A stretch of DNA of 64,000 bases, taken from assembly GCA_965224485.1 (NCBI GenBank), contig CBDCZH010000013.1, forward strand, positions 1 through 64,000. Direction: 5' to 3'. Every line of letters starts with the position of its first letter. The first letter of the stretch is position 1. The DNA comes from Arcobacteraceae bacterium. Its GTDB lineage: Bacteria; Campylobacterota; Campylobacteria; Campylobacterales; Arcobacteraceae. The position numbers and the translations under genes were made by a program. Below are positions 1-9,599 of the stretch, in pieces. The notes beneath the pieces were generated by a model that saw only the letters and a program-made list of their open reading frames with translations, was not told the DNA's origin and searched no databases.

Positions 1-1
1 T

Positions 2-199
2 GAGGTAAATACTTGCAAAATATTTAAAGAGTGTGGTTTTGCTATAAGAGTAAAAATAAGTACAGAAGAAGCAAATTTATATTATGAAGAAGATGAAAGT
101 TGCAAAGATGATAATAAAGTGCCAAAATCTCTTTATCATATATATAAAATAATAAAAAATTTAAAAAAAGAAAAAAATATAATTGAAGTTATTTTATGA
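2..199 (+). CDS. 3' end of a CDS truncated by the window edge; possibly a ketosynthase/chain-length-factor-like gene of the adjacent fatty-acid/aryl-polyene cluster
   Basis: Open frame from base 2 (EVNTCKIFKECGFAIRV...IIEVIL*); its TGA overlaps the ATG at 196. Product guessed from context only. Confidence 0.4.
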   Translation, partial: EVNTCKIFKECGFAIRVKISTEEANLYYEEDESCKDDNKVPKSLYHIYKIIKNLKKEKNIIEVIL

Positions 200-542
200 A
201 TTTACCACATTTAAAACCTATTAGGTTTGTAAAGGAGCTTATAAAAAAAGAAGATAATATTTCTTTAGTCTCTTGTGAATTTCCATATATCCCTACTTTA
301 TCCATGGTTTGTGAAGCAGCAGCTCAAAGTTCTTCTTCTTTTAATGAATCAAAGCAAGAGCAATTAGGTTTTTTAATCTCTTTAAAAAACATAAAACTAC
401 ATAAAGAATTTTCTTGTACTTTTTTAATATTAAAATAGAAGAACTTATTCAAGTTGATAAAATCAGTGAATATTCTTTTGAAGTAATAAAGAATTCAGAA
501 ATATATGCAAGTGGTAAACTTACAATTATACTAGGAAAATAA
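196..542 (+). CDS. Hotdog-fold 3-hydroxyacyl-ACP dehydratase-like protein (ApeP/FabZ-like), one frameshift in a T run
   Basis: LPH..P.RFV and EAAAQ motifs. Adding one T to the run at 420-425 extends the frame (NIKIEELIQV...YASGKLTIILGK*) to TAA at 540-542, adjacent to the next ATG. Confidence 0.65.
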
Positions 543-1604
543 ATGAATAAGTTTTTTAAAAATAGTGATGATTTAACAGCTTTAGAAGCTTTATATGAGG
601 CGCAAAAGATAGCTTTTGCTCCTATCGTTTTTCAAGTTGTAAGAGTTATGAGAGATTTAAATATTTTAGAAATTTTAGCAAAAAACAAAAATGGACTAAG
701 TTATATAGAATTAGCTAAAGAGTCAAGTTTAAGTCTATATGCAATTCAAGTTTTATGTGAAACAGCTTTAAGTGCAGGTGTAGTTTATACTAAAAATGAA
801 AAAGTTTTTTTAAGTAAAATAGGATTCTTTATAAATAGTGATGAAATGACAAATGCTAACATGAACTACAATCACCATGTTAACTATCAAGGTCTGTTTT
901 ATTTAGAAGAAGCTATAAAAAGTGGAAAAGCAGAAGGCTTAAAAGTATTTGGGTCTTGGGATACCATTTATCCAGCTCTATCATCACTACCCCAAAAAGC
1001 CAAAGAGTCTTGGTTTACTTTTGATCACTTATATTCAGATAGTGCTTTTTTAGAAGCTAGTAAAATATTGCTTAGTTTAAATGCTAAATCAATTCTAGAT
1101 ATTGGTGGTAATACTGGCAAATTTGCTTCCTTATTAACAAAAGAAAATACATTAATTGATATTACTATTATGGATTTACCTTCTCAAATAAAACTTGCTA
1201 AAGCAAATATTTATGAAAATGATATAAAGAATATCTCTTTTTATGAGGCAAATATTTTAAAAGAAGAGACTAGAATACCTAAAGGTTATGACATTATTTG
1301 GATGAGTCAATTCTTAGATTGTTTTAAAGAAGAACAAATTATAAATATCTTAAAGAAAATTAAAAGTTCAATGAGTGAAAACTCTCAGATCTGTATTATG
1401 GAACCTTTTTGGGATAGACAAAGAAATGAAACTGCTGCTTTTTGTGTAATAAATACATCTCCTTATTTTACTGCTATGGCAAATGGATATAGTAAAATGT
1501 TTAAATATAGTGACTTTGAGAAATATTTAGTAAAAGCAGGTTTAGAAGTTCTTGAATTAATTGATAATATTGGTTTATGTCAGACTATTATTAGATGTAA
1601 ATAA
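543..1604 (+). CDS. SAM-dependent O-methyltransferase (Methyltransf_2-like)
   Basis: ILDIGGNTG SAM motif, DLP and WMSQFLDCF motifs, N-terminal dimerisation/HTH-like region. Confidence 0.85.
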   Translation: MNKFFKNSDDLTALEALYEAQKIAFAPIVFQVVRVMRDLNILEILAKNKNGLSYIELAKESSLSLYAIQVLCETALSAGVVYTKNEKVFLSKIGFFINSDEMTNANMNYNHHVNYQGLFYLEEAIKSGKAEGLKVFGSWDTIYPALSSLPQKAKESWFTFDHLYSDSAFLEASKILLSLNAKSILDIGGNTGKFASLLTKENTLIDITIMDLPSQIKLAKANIYENDIKNISFYEANILKEETRIPKGYDIIWMSQFLDCFKEEQIINILKKIKSSMSENSQICIMEPFWDRQRNETAAFCVINTSPYFTAMANGYSKMFKYSDFEKYLVKAGLEVLELIDNIGLCQTIIRCK

Positions 1605-1702
1605 TAGGCTTTATAAACTCTTTTCTTTAAAGCTATAATAATACTTACTTCATACCTAAGAAAAGTAATGTTAAAATAGAAAAATTTTAAAGAAGGTTTT
1701 AT

Positions 1703-2461
1703 ATGTTTGATATTATAAAAGATAGTTCACTAAGAATTAAAACAGCACTTATACTATTTATGGCTTTTATTCTCGTTAGTTTTATAGATACCCTATTTGT
1801 TACCTGGCTTTTTCTAGGGATTTTTGCGATGATTGGTGTTAGTGAAGCTATGAAACTGTTCAAAGTTGATGATTATATAGTTTTTCAATTTGCAGGAATA
1901 ACTTGGATTGCCGCGTATTTTTATCCTAATCCTGAAGATTTATTAGCTGTTGCTATTGTAGTTTTTTCTTCAATGTTAGCTTATAGTAAGAAGTTTGATA
2001 AAAAAGCTCTTCTTCCTTTATTATATCCTTTAGCATCCTTTTTGTTCTTAATAGCTTTATATTCTGAGTTTGGAATACAAGTATTATGGTGGATTTTATT
2101 TGTTGTAGCATCTGCTGATGTTGGGGCTTATTATATTGGACGAGCTTTTGGTAAAACTAAGTTTTGTGAAACAAGCCCTAAAAAAACCCTAGAAGGTTTA
2201 TTTGGTGGATTAGTATTAGCTTCTTTGTTAGGACCTTTATTTGCTCTTCCTGAACTATCTTATATTGGTGCTTTAATGATTTCATTTTTTGTGGCTATTT
2301 CTTCTGTATTTGGTGATCTATTTGAATCATTCTTAAAAAGAGAAGCGGGGGTAAAAGATAGTGGAGATATTCTTCCTGGTCATGGTGGAATACTAGATAG
2401 AACAGATGGATTTTTATTTGCAGGAATTATAATGTTAGTTCTTTTAAGAGTTGTACTTTGA
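1703..2461 (+). CDS. cdsA: Phosphatidate cytidylyltransferase
   Basis: SPKKTLEG and GDLFESFLKREAGVKDSGDILPGHGGILDR signature; upstream of dxr. Confidence 0.97.
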   Translation: MFDIIKDSSLRIKTALILFMAFILVSFIDTLFVTWLFLGIFAMIGVSEAMKLFKVDDYIVFQFAGITWIAAYFYPNPEDLLAVAIVVFSSMLAYSKKFDKKALLPLLYPLASFLFLIALYSEFGIQVLWWILFVVASADVGAYYIGRAFGKTKFCETSPKKTLEGLFGGLVLASLLGPLFALPELSYIGALMISFFVAISSVFGDLFESFLKREAGVKDSGDILPGHGGILDRTDGFLFAGIIMLVLLRVVL

Positions 2462-3525
2462 TTCTATTAGGAAGTACAGGTTCAATTGGTGTTAATACCT
2501 TAAATATAGCAAGAGATTTTAACCTAGATGTTGAAGTTTTAGTAGCTGGAACGAATATTAAATTATTAAATGAACAGATAAAAGAGTTTAAACCAAAAAT
2601 TGTTGTAATTGCGAATAAAGAAGATATAAAAAATGTAAATCATTCTAATGTATCTTCAGGTGAAGAAGCAATTTTACATGCCATTGAAGCTTCAAGCTCA
2701 AAAACATTAGTAAATGCTTTAGTTGGTTTTTTAGGTCTTAAACCAACACTAAAAGCAATACAGTGTAATAAAAAAGTTGCCTTAGCAAATAAAGAGTCTT
2801 TAGTTGTTGCTGGAATGTTTATAAATCAAAAGAATTTAGTTCCAATTGATTCTGAGCATTTTGGTTTATGGTATTTATTAAGTGATAAAAAAATAGACTC
2901 TATGACAATAACTGCATCTGGTGGTTCTTTTAGAGATTATCCCTTAGAAGATTTAAAAAATGTTACAGTAAAAGAAGCCTTAAATCATCCAAATTGGTCA
3001 ATGGGAAATAAAATTACAATAGATAGTGCAACTATGACAAATAAACTTTTTGAATTAGTTGAAGCAAAGTATTTATTTAATATTACAAAACTAGATGCAA
3101 TAATAGAAACAAAATCACTAATTCATGCCATGATTAATTTTTGTGATGGTTCAACAACAGCTCATATAGCAAATGCTAATATGAAACTTCCTATATCTTA
3201 TGCTTTAATGAAAAAAGTAGATAAACAAGTATTAAAACATATAGATTTATTAGAAGTAGGCTCTTTAGAATTCAAAAAAATAGAAACTTCACGTTATGCT
3301 ATTTGGGAAATTAAAGATGATTTACTAAAAAATGATAACTTAGGTGTGGTTTTAAATGCGGCAAATGAAGTTGCGGTTAATAAGTTTTTAAATAATGAGA
3401 TAGGTTTTTTAGATATTTCAAAAATAAGCTTAGATGCAATAAATAGATTCTCAAATATAAAAATTTCAAATATTGATGATATTTTTGAAGCAAATAAAGA
3501 GGTTAGGGCATATTATGGGTTTTGA
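2458..3525 (+). CDS. dxr: 1-deoxy-D-xylulose-5-phosphate reductoisomerase
   Basis: LGSTGSIG, LANKESLV, PIDSEH, HPNWSMGNKITIDSATM motifs. Confidence 0.98.
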   Translation: MILLGSTGSIGVNTLNIARDFNLDVEVLVAGTNIKLLNEQIKEFKPKIVVIANKEDIKNVNHSNVSSGEEAILHAIEASSSKTLVNALVGFLGLKPTLKAIQCNKKVALANKESLVVAGMFINQKNLVPIDSEHFGLWYLLSDKKIDSMTITASGGSFRDYPLEDLKNVTVKEALNHPNWSMGNKITIDSATMTNKLFELVEAKYLFNITKLDAIIETKSLIHAMINFCDGSTTAHIANANMKLPISYALMKKVDKQVLKHIDLLEVGSLEFKKIETSRYAIWEIKDDLLKNDNLGVVLNAANEVAVNKFLNNEIGFLDISKISLDAINRFSNIKISNIDDIFEANKEVRAYYGF

Positions 3526-3793
3526 TATGTTATTTCCTTTTGGCATTTTAATTGTTTTAGTAATATATTTAATTTATTCAAGAAATACTTTTGAAAAAGA
3601 TATTCTTGCAACATATGATAAAAAATATGACTCTTGGAAAGAACATGCTTTAAAAGATGTACAACAAACTTCAAGTAAAGAGTTAGTTGGATTAGTTTTT
3701 AAAAAAGATGCTAAAATAGATATAGAACTATTTGATGATATTTCTTTAGATAAGGTACAAAGAGGAAAATTCACTTCAAGGCGTAAAGTATGA
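3515..3793 (+). CDS. Small hypothetical protein with an N-terminal transmembrane anchor
   Basis: ORF overlapping its neighbours; hydrophobic FPFGILIVLVIYLIY; start at 3515 or 3527 is more plausible than 3473. Confidence 0.7.
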   Translation: MGFDMLFPFGILIVLVIYLIYSRNTFEKDILATYDKKYDSWKEHALKDVQQTSSKELVGLVFKKDAKIDIELFDDISLDKVQRGKFTSRRKV

Positions 3794-4218
3794 AATATAT
3801 ATTTATAATACTCTTATTTTTCTCTTTTTTAGAAGCTTCTTTAAGTAGAAATAATTCTAGAAATGTAGTTGTTGATACAGAAAATTCTTTAATGTGGGAA
3901 GATAGAGCTGAAAATTTAAGTGTTTATTTATCTCATAAAGATGCCCAAAATCACTGTGAAGATTTAAAATATTTAGGATATGGAAATTGGCGTTTACCTC
4001 ATATAAAAGAGTATAAAAGTATAGTTGATAAAACAAATGAAATAAATTATATAAATAAAGCTTTTAAATATAATTTAAAAGATTGGTATTGGGCTAGTAC
4101 TGCTCATTTTAGAACATTATGGTTTTATGCTGATTATATGTATTTTATTTCAGGAACTGCTTATTTTGACTCAAGATTTAAAAAGAAATACGTACGATGT
4201 ATAAGAGATATGAAATAA
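3790..4218 (+). CDS. DUF1566 (Lcl C-terminal-like) secreted protein
   Basis: Signal peptide; V.D....LMW, GY.NWRLP..KE, YWAST and YVRCIR motifs. Confidence 0.85.
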   Translation: MKYIFIILLFFSFLEASLSRNNSRNVVVDTENSLMWEDRAENLSVYLSHKDAQNHCEDLKYLGYGNWRLPHIKEYKSIVDKTNEINYINKAFKYNLKDWYWASTAHFRTLWFYADYMYFISGTAYFDSRFKKKYVRCIRDMK

Positions 4219-4227
4219 GGAAGAAGA

Positions 4228-4769
4228 TTGAAAAAAGAGTTTTAATAATTCATGGTTGGAATGGAAGTTCTTATCCCCATTGGCAAGCACACTTAGCAGC
4301 TGATTTAATAAAAGATAACTATATAGTATCTTTTCCTTCTTTACCAAATATGGATAAACCAAACTTAGATGAATGGAAAACATTTATTAAAAATGAGATC
4401 CATCATTTTAAACCCCAAATCGTAGTATGTCACTCTTTGGCAAATATCTTATGGTTTAAACTTGTAAAAGATTTAGATATTTCTTTAGAAAAACTACTCT
4501 TAGTAGCTCCTGTTAGTAAAGAGTGCAATATAAAAGAACTTAGTACTTTTTTCCCTTATGAGGTTTCAAAAGATTTAAAAGCAAAACATGTTTTAATAGC
4601 TGCTTCTAGCAATGATGAGTATATGAATTTAGAAGAAGCTTATGCTTTACAAAAAGAGTTAGATGTTGATATTGAAGTATTTGATGATGCTGGTCATATA
4701 AACAACGAAGCTGGTTTTGGAAAATTTGACTATGCTTACGAATTTGTAAGAAAAGAGATGAAAATATGA
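4228..4769 (+). CDS. RBBP9/YdeN family alpha/beta hydrolase
   Basis: IIHGW...HWQ, CHSLA nucleophile elbow, AGHIN. Likely start is TTG 4228 after AAGGA, needing one extra A in the following A run. Confidence 0.88.
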
Positions 4770-4864
4770 TTTTAAGTATTGTCCTCGTCTTTCCAGTCCT
4801 GCGAGATAAATCGCAAGCGATGTATGAATCTTTGAAAGGAAAAAATCTATGATTTTAAGTATTG
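4765..4864 (+). repeat. 17-bp direct repeat TATGATTTTAAGTATTG (tsaD 5' end) flanking a 66-bp GC-richer insert
   Basis: Identical copies at 4765-4781 and 4848-4864; the insert has the hairpin TGCGA-GATAAA-TCGCA and an AAAGGA SD. Confidence 0.9.
4766..4852 (+). CDS. 28-aa bridge [31 protein letters not shown] created by the insertion
   Basis: Its ATG overlaps the upstream TGA (ATGA) and its TGA overlaps the tsaD ATG (ATGA); translation not demonstrated. Confidence 0.5.
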   Translation: MILSIVLVFPVLRDKSQAMYESLKGKNL

Positions 4865-5844
4865 AAAGCTCTTGTGATGATAGCTCTATTTCTATTACTT
4901 GTATAGAAACAAAAGAGTTAATTTATCATAAAAAAATATCTCAAGAATTAGAACATAGTGTTTATGGAGGAGTAGTTCCTGAACTAGCTGCAAGATTACA
5001 TATAGAAGCTTTACCTAAAATATTGAGTGAGTGTGAAAAGTATTTTTCGTCTCTTAAAGCAATTGCGGTTACTAATGCTCCTGGTTTAGCTGTTACTTTA
5101 ACCGAAGGTGTAACTATGGCAAAAGCACTTGCTTTATGTTTAGATATTCCTTTAATTGCAGTAAATCATTTAAAAGGGCATATTTATTCACTTTTTATTC
5201 AAAAAGAAGAAATTATGCCTATTACAACTCTTTTAGTATCAGGTGGACATACTCAACTAATAGAAGTAAAATCGTTAAATGAGATGAAAATCCTAGCAAG
5301 TACTATTGATGACAGTTTTGGTGAAAGTTTTGATAAGGTTTCTAAAATGTTAGGACTAGCTTATCCAGGAGGACCAGTGGTACAAGAATATGCCAAAAAT
5401 GGAGACTCAAGTAGATTTGATTTACCGATTCCTTTAAAACAAAGTCCTGATATTAAGTTTTCATACTCAGGACTTAAAAATGCAGTACGATTACAAATAC
5501 TGAAACTAGAAGAAACGGGTTCTTTAGATAGACAAGCTAAGGCTGATATTTGTGCCTGTTTTCAAAAAGTAGCAGTTGCTCATGTAATACAAAAAACAAA
5601 AAAACTTTTTAAACAAAATAAAATTACAAACTTTGCAATAGTTGGTGGAGCTAGTGCAAATACAGAGTTAAGAGAGAATATTCAAAATTTATGTAAAGAG
5701 TTTGGAGCTAAATTATATCTTAGTGATTTAAAATACTGCTCAGATAATGCAGCTATGATTGGACGAGTAGCACTTGAACAATATAAGATAAAAGATTTTA
5801 TAAAAATTGATGAAATAGATGTAAAACCAAGGATAAAGGCTTAA
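4849..5844 (+). CDS. tsaD: tRNA N6-adenosine threonylcarbamoyltransferase
   Basis: [39 protein letters not shown] motifs. Confidence 0.98.
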   Translation: MILSIESSCDDSSISITCIETKELIYHKKISQELEHSVYGGVVPELAARLHIEALPKILSECEKYFSSLKAIAVTNAPGLAVTLTEGVTMAKALALCLDIPLIAVNHLKGHIYSLFIQKEEIMPITTLLVSGGHTQLIEVKSLNEMKILASTIDDSFGESFDKVSKMLGLAYPGGPVVQEYAKNGDSSRFDLPIPLKQSPDIKFSYSGLKNAVRLQILKLEETGSLDRQAKADICACFQKVAVAHVIQKTKKLFKQNKITNFAIVGGASANTELRENIQNLCKEFGAKLYLSDLKYCSDNAAMIGRVALEQYKIKDFIKIDEIDVKPRIKA

Positions 5845-5845
5845 A

Positions 5846-6163
5846 ATGTTTGAAATGGGAGCTAAGTTAAGTGGCAATACTTTTGATACTGCTAAAAATA
5901 AAAAAATTATGCAAAAAGTAGGAACTCAAAATAAAAAAGAACACCAATTGGTTTTCACTTATGAAAAAAGAAGAGGTAAGGCTATTACCTTAGTAGGTAG
6001 ATTTTATATAAGTGAAGATGATAAAAAAGCAGTATTAAAATTATTAAAGAAAAAACTAGCCTGTGGTGGTGCTATTAAAGATGAATGGATTGAACTACAA
6101 GGTGATGTTAAAAGTAAAGTAATTGAGATTTTAAAAAAAGATGATTGGAAATTTAAATCGTAA
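5846..6163 (+). CDS. SUI1/YciH family translation initiation factor
   Basis: RRGKAIT...LKKKLACGGAIK...IELQGD motif. Confidence 0.9.
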   Translation: MFEMGAKLSGNTFDTAKNKKIMQKVGTQNKKEHQLVFTYEKRRGKAITLVGRFYISEDDKKAVLKLLKKKLACGGAIKDEWIELQGDVKSKVIEILKKDDWKFKS

Positions 6164-6202
6164 ATAATATTAAATAGTAAAACTTAAAAAAAAGAGTAAA
6201 TT

Positions 6203-7588
6203 ATGGAAAAAGTTTTTTATGAAGTTGAAAGTTTAGACAAACGTTGTTATGATGAATTTAATCTAAGTGAAGATATTTTAATGGAACATGCAGCTTATAG
6301 TATAAAACAATACATAAGCGATAATTTTTCAAATGATAAAACTATTTTAATAGTTTGCGGAACCGGTAATAATGGTGCTGATGGTATCACCCTAGCTAGA
6401 CTTTTATATAAAACCTATGATGTAAAACTTTATATTCCTTTTTCCGTTAAATCAAAAATGGCCAAACTACAGTTAAGTAGAGTTGAGAAATTAGGTCTTC
6501 AAAGAGTTAATTATATTTGCTCATGTGATATTGCAGTTGATTGTTTATTTGGAACAGGCCTTAAATCAGAAATGAATTCTATTTCTACTGAGATTATTTC
6601 TTTATTAAATAGATTAGATGCTTTTAAAATCGCTTGTGATATTCCTAGTGGAATTAATAAAGATGGTCTTATTTTAAATCTTGCTTTTAAAGCAGACCTT
6701 ACTATTACTATGGGAGCTTTGAAAACAGCACTTTTCTCTGATATGGTAAAAGATTATATTGGTGATATTATAGTTTGTAATCTTGGAATCCATAGAGACT
6801 TATATGAAGCAAAAAGTAATATTCATCTTTTAGAAATAAGTGATTTAAAACTTCCTTTAAGAACTTCTAAAAATTCACATAAGGGAAATTTTGGTCACTC
6901 TTGCATTATTGTAGGTGAAAAAAAAGGTGCTGGAATAATTGCAAGTGAAGCTTCTTTTGCTTTTGGAAGTGGTCTTGTTACCATTTTGTGTAAAGAAGAG
7001 TTAAACTTACCTTTTCATATTATGCAAGCTAAAAGTATTCCTAGTAATACTACTTCTATTGCAATTGGAATGGGTCTTGGTTCAAAGAATATTGAAGAGA
7101 TAAAAAATATTTTAAGTTTAGATATAAAAAAAGTAATAGATGCTGATTTATTTTATGATGAGGTAATTTTATGTGCTTTAGAAAGTGATGTTGTTCTAAC
7201 TCCCCACCCAAAAGAATTTTGCTCTTTATTAAAAATATGTGAACTTGCTGATATTTCTGTTAAGGACTTACAAAATAATAGACTTTTTTATGTAAATATG
7301 TTTTGCTTAAAATATAAAGAAGTAACCCTATTATTAAAAGGTGCTAATACTATTATTGGAAAAAACGATAAAACCTATATAAATTTTTATGGAACACCTG
7401 CTTTAAGTAAAGGTGGAAGTGGAGATGTTTTAACTGGTGTAATAGCTTCTTTATTAGCTCAAAACTATGATAGTTTATCTGCTTGTTTAAATGGCTGTTT
7501 AGCTCATAGTTTAGCAGCACAGAAATTCTCTTTAAATAACTATTCTTTAAGACCACAAGATTTAATACAGGAGCTTAAAAAACTATGA
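6203..7588 (+). CDS. nnr: Bifunctional NAD(P)H-hydrate epimerase/dehydratase
   Basis: LMEHAA, CGTGNNGADG, DIPSG, SHKGNFG, TPHPKEF, GGSGDVLTG motifs. Confidence 0.95.
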   Translation: MEKVFYEVESLDKRCYDEFNLSEDILMEHAAYSIKQYISDNFSNDKTILIVCGTGNNGADGITLARLLYKTYDVKLYIPFSVKSKMAKLQLSRVEKLGLQRVNYICSCDIAVDCLFGTGLKSEMNSISTEIISLLNRLDAFKIACDIPSGINKDGLILNLAFKADLTITMGALKTALFSDMVKDYIGDIIVCNLGIHRDLYEAKSNIHLLEISDLKLPLRTSKNSHKGNFGHSCIIVGEKKGAGIIASEASFAFGSGLVTILCKEELNLPFHIMQAKSIPSNTTSIAIGMGLGSKNIEEIKNILSLDIKKVIDADLFYDEVILCALESDVVLTPHPKEFCSLLKICELADISVKDLQNNRLFYVNMFCLKYKEVTLLLKGANTIIGKNDKTYINFYGTPALSKGGSGDVLTGVIASLLAQNYDSLSACLNGCLAHSLAAQKFSLNNYSLRPQDLIQELKKL

Positions 7589-7893
7589 AAATAATTATGA
7601 TTCAAACAACGTGTAAAAATAAGAAAGAAGCAAAAAAAATAGCAAAAGTATTATTAGAAAATAAACTTGCTGCTTGTATTCAAATATCTAAAATTAACTC
7701 TTTTTATACTTGGAAAAATAAAATATGTAATGAAGCTGAGAACTTACTAAGCATCAAAACTAAAAAAGATAACTTTAAAAAAATCAAAAGGAAAATTAAA
7801 GAAATACATAGCTATGATTTACCCGAAATAATATCTTTTGATATTAGAAATGTAAGTAGTGAGTATGCAAAATTTATAGAAAATAATTCATAA
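7585..7893 (+). CDS. cutA: Divalent-cation tolerance protein CutA
   Basis: LAACIQ...SFYTW...E..L.IKT...HSYDLPEI. Confidence 0.95.
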   Translation: MKIIMIQTTCKNKKEAKKIAKVLLENKLAACIQISKINSFYTWKNKICNEAENLLSIKTKKDNFKKIKRKIKEIHSYDLPEIISFDIRNVSSEYAKFIENNS

Positions 7894-7922
7894 AAATAAT
7901 AATATTAAAATGAGGGAAAAAA

Positions 7923-8702
7923 ATGAGTGATATTTTAAAAATTGGAAAGTTTGAATTTAATTCAAGATTAATAGTTGGATCTGGTAAATATACAGATTTT
8001 CAAACAACAAGAGATGCAACATTGGCAAGTGGTAGTGAACTTATAACTGTTGCAATAAGAAGAGTTAATATAACAAACCCAAATGAAGAGAATTTATTAG
8101 ATTATTTTAAAGACACTAATGTAAAACTTCTTCCAAATTCAGCTGGTTGTTTTACTGCTAATGAGGCGATTACAACATTTAGACTCATGAGAGAAGCTAC
8201 TGGAATTGATATTATTAAACTAGAAGTAATAGGTGATGCTAAAAAAACTCTGTATCCAGATGTTATAGAAACTATTATTGCTTGTGAAATTCTTAAAAAA
8301 GAGGGTTTTACAATAATGGCTTATACTAATGATGATCCAATTATTGCAAAAAGATTAGAAGATGCAGGAGCTGATGCTATTATGCCTTTAGCTGCACCAA
8401 TTGGTTCAGGACTTGGTATTCAAAATAGATATAATGTAGCTTTTATAAAAGATGCTGTTAGTGTTCCTGTTATAGTTGATGCTGGAGTTGGGTGTGCATC
8501 TGATGCCTCAATAGCTATGGAGCTTGGAGCTGAGGCTGTTTTAACAAATACAGCAATAGCACAGGCACAAAATCCAATTTTAATGGCGGAAGCTATGAAA
8601 TACGCAGTAATAGCGGGACGAATGGGATATAAAGCAGGAAGAATTCCTAAAAAACCATATGCAACTGCTAGTTCACCAATTGACGGATTAATTCAGTTTT
8701 AA
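7923..8702 (+). CDS. thiG: Thiazole synthase
   Basis: [36 protein letters not shown] motifs. Confidence 0.98.
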   Translation: MSDILKIGKFEFNSRLIVGSGKYTDFQTTRDATLASGSELITVAIRRVNITNPNEENLLDYFKDTNVKLLPNSAGCFTANEAITTFRLMREATGIDIIKLEVIGDAKKTLYPDVIETIIACEILKKEGFTIMAYTNDDPIIAKRLEDAGADAIMPLAAPIGSGLGIQNRYNVAFIKDAVSVPVIVDAGVGCASDASIAMELGAEAVLTNTAIAQAQNPILMAEAMKYAVIAGRMGYKAGRIPKKPYATASSPIDGLIQF

Positions 8703-8753
8703 AAAGAGTAAATTGTAAATTTAGTAATTTATAAGATATTACTAGATTTACTC

Positions 8754-8782
8754 TTGACAAATCTTCTTAAACATAATATAAT
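8754..8782 (+). promoter_or_regulatory. Consensus sigma70 promoter of the tRNA operon
   Basis: TTGACA (8754-8759), 17-bp spacer, TATAAT (8777-8782), about 30 bp before tRNA-Pro. Confidence 0.9.
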
Positions 8783-8814
8783 TCCGTCCACTTTTTGAAA
8801 GAAATAGTGATTGT

Positions 8815-8891
8815 CGGAGTGTAGCGCAGCCTGGTAGCGCACCTGGTTTGGGACCAGGGGGTCGGAGGTTCGAGTCCTCTCACTCCGACCA
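8815..8891 (+). tRNA. tRNA-Pro(TGG)
   Basis: Cloverleaf, anticodon loop TTTGGGA, GGTTCGAGTCC T-arm, CCA end. Confidence 0.97.
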
Positions 8892-8901
8892 TTTTAATGA
8901 T

Positions 8902-8979
8902 GGTAGGTATAGCTCAGTTGGTTAGAGCATCTGGTTGTGGTTCAGAGGGTCGCCGGTTCGATTCCGGTTACTTACCCCA
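8902..8979 (+). tRNA. tRNA-His(GTG)
   Basis: Anticodon loop TTGTGGT, extra G-1, CCA end. Confidence 0.96.
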
Positions 8980-8991
8980 TCTTTTTTATAA

Positions 8992-9068
<77 letters not shown>

Positions 9069-9108
9069 TTAGATTTAATAAATCTAAAATCTTTTTTACA
9101 AAAGATAA

Positions 9109-9193
9109 GCGGATGTGGTGAAATTGGTATACACGCTAGACTTAGGATCTAGTGCTTTACGGCGTGAAGGTTCAAGTCCTTTCATCCGCACCA
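9109..9193 (+). tRNA. tRNA-Leu(TAG)
   Basis: CTAGA-CTTAGGA-TCTAG anticodon arm, long variable arm, CCA end. Confidence 0.97.
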
Positions 9194-9194
9194 T

Positions 9195-9243
9195 AAAAGC
9201 CTTGAATGAAAAGTTTTTATACTTTTGATTCAAGGCTTTTTTT
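9195..9243 (+). terminator. Terminator-like hairpin inside the tRNA operon
   Basis: AAAAGCCTTGAAT...ATTCAAGGCTTTT followed by further Ts. Confidence 0.65.
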
Positions 9244-9247
9244 GTTT

Positions 9248-9323
9248 GACCTGTTAGCTCAGCTGGTAGAGCATCTCCCTTTTAAGGAGGTGGCCGATGG
9301 TTCGAATCCATCACGGGTCACCA
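9248..9323 (+). tRNA. tRNA-Lys(TTT)
   Basis: Anticodon loop CTTTTAA, CCA end. Confidence 0.96.
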
Positions 9324-9325
9324 TT

Positions 9326-9402
<77 letters not shown>

Positions 9403-9413
9403 TTTTATATTGT

Positions 9414-9489
9414 GACCTGTTAGCTCAGCTGGTAGAGCATCTCCCTTTTAAGGAGGTGGCCGATGGTTCGAATCCATCACGGGTCACCA
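9414..9489 (+). tRNA. tRNA-Lys(TTT), second identical copy
   Basis: Same sequence as 9248-9323. Confidence 0.96.
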
Positions 9490-9502
9490 AAATTTTATAA
9501 TT

Positions 9503-9579
9503 CGCGGAATAGAGCAGCACGGTAGCTCGACGGGCTCATAACCCGTAGGTCACAGGTTCAAATCCTGTTTCCGCAACCA
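9503..9579 (+). tRNA. Initiator tRNA-fMet(CAT)
   Basis: GGG-CTCATAA-CCC anticodon arm (three G-C pairs), C1:A72 mismatch, CCA end. Confidence 0.96.
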
Positions 9580-9599
9580 ATCTTTTAAACTTCATATAA

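Noticed and set aside
3790..4218. DUF1566 gene as a possible diversity-generating retroelement target
   Set aside because: No reverse transcriptase and no template-repeat copy of its 3' end is visible in the window
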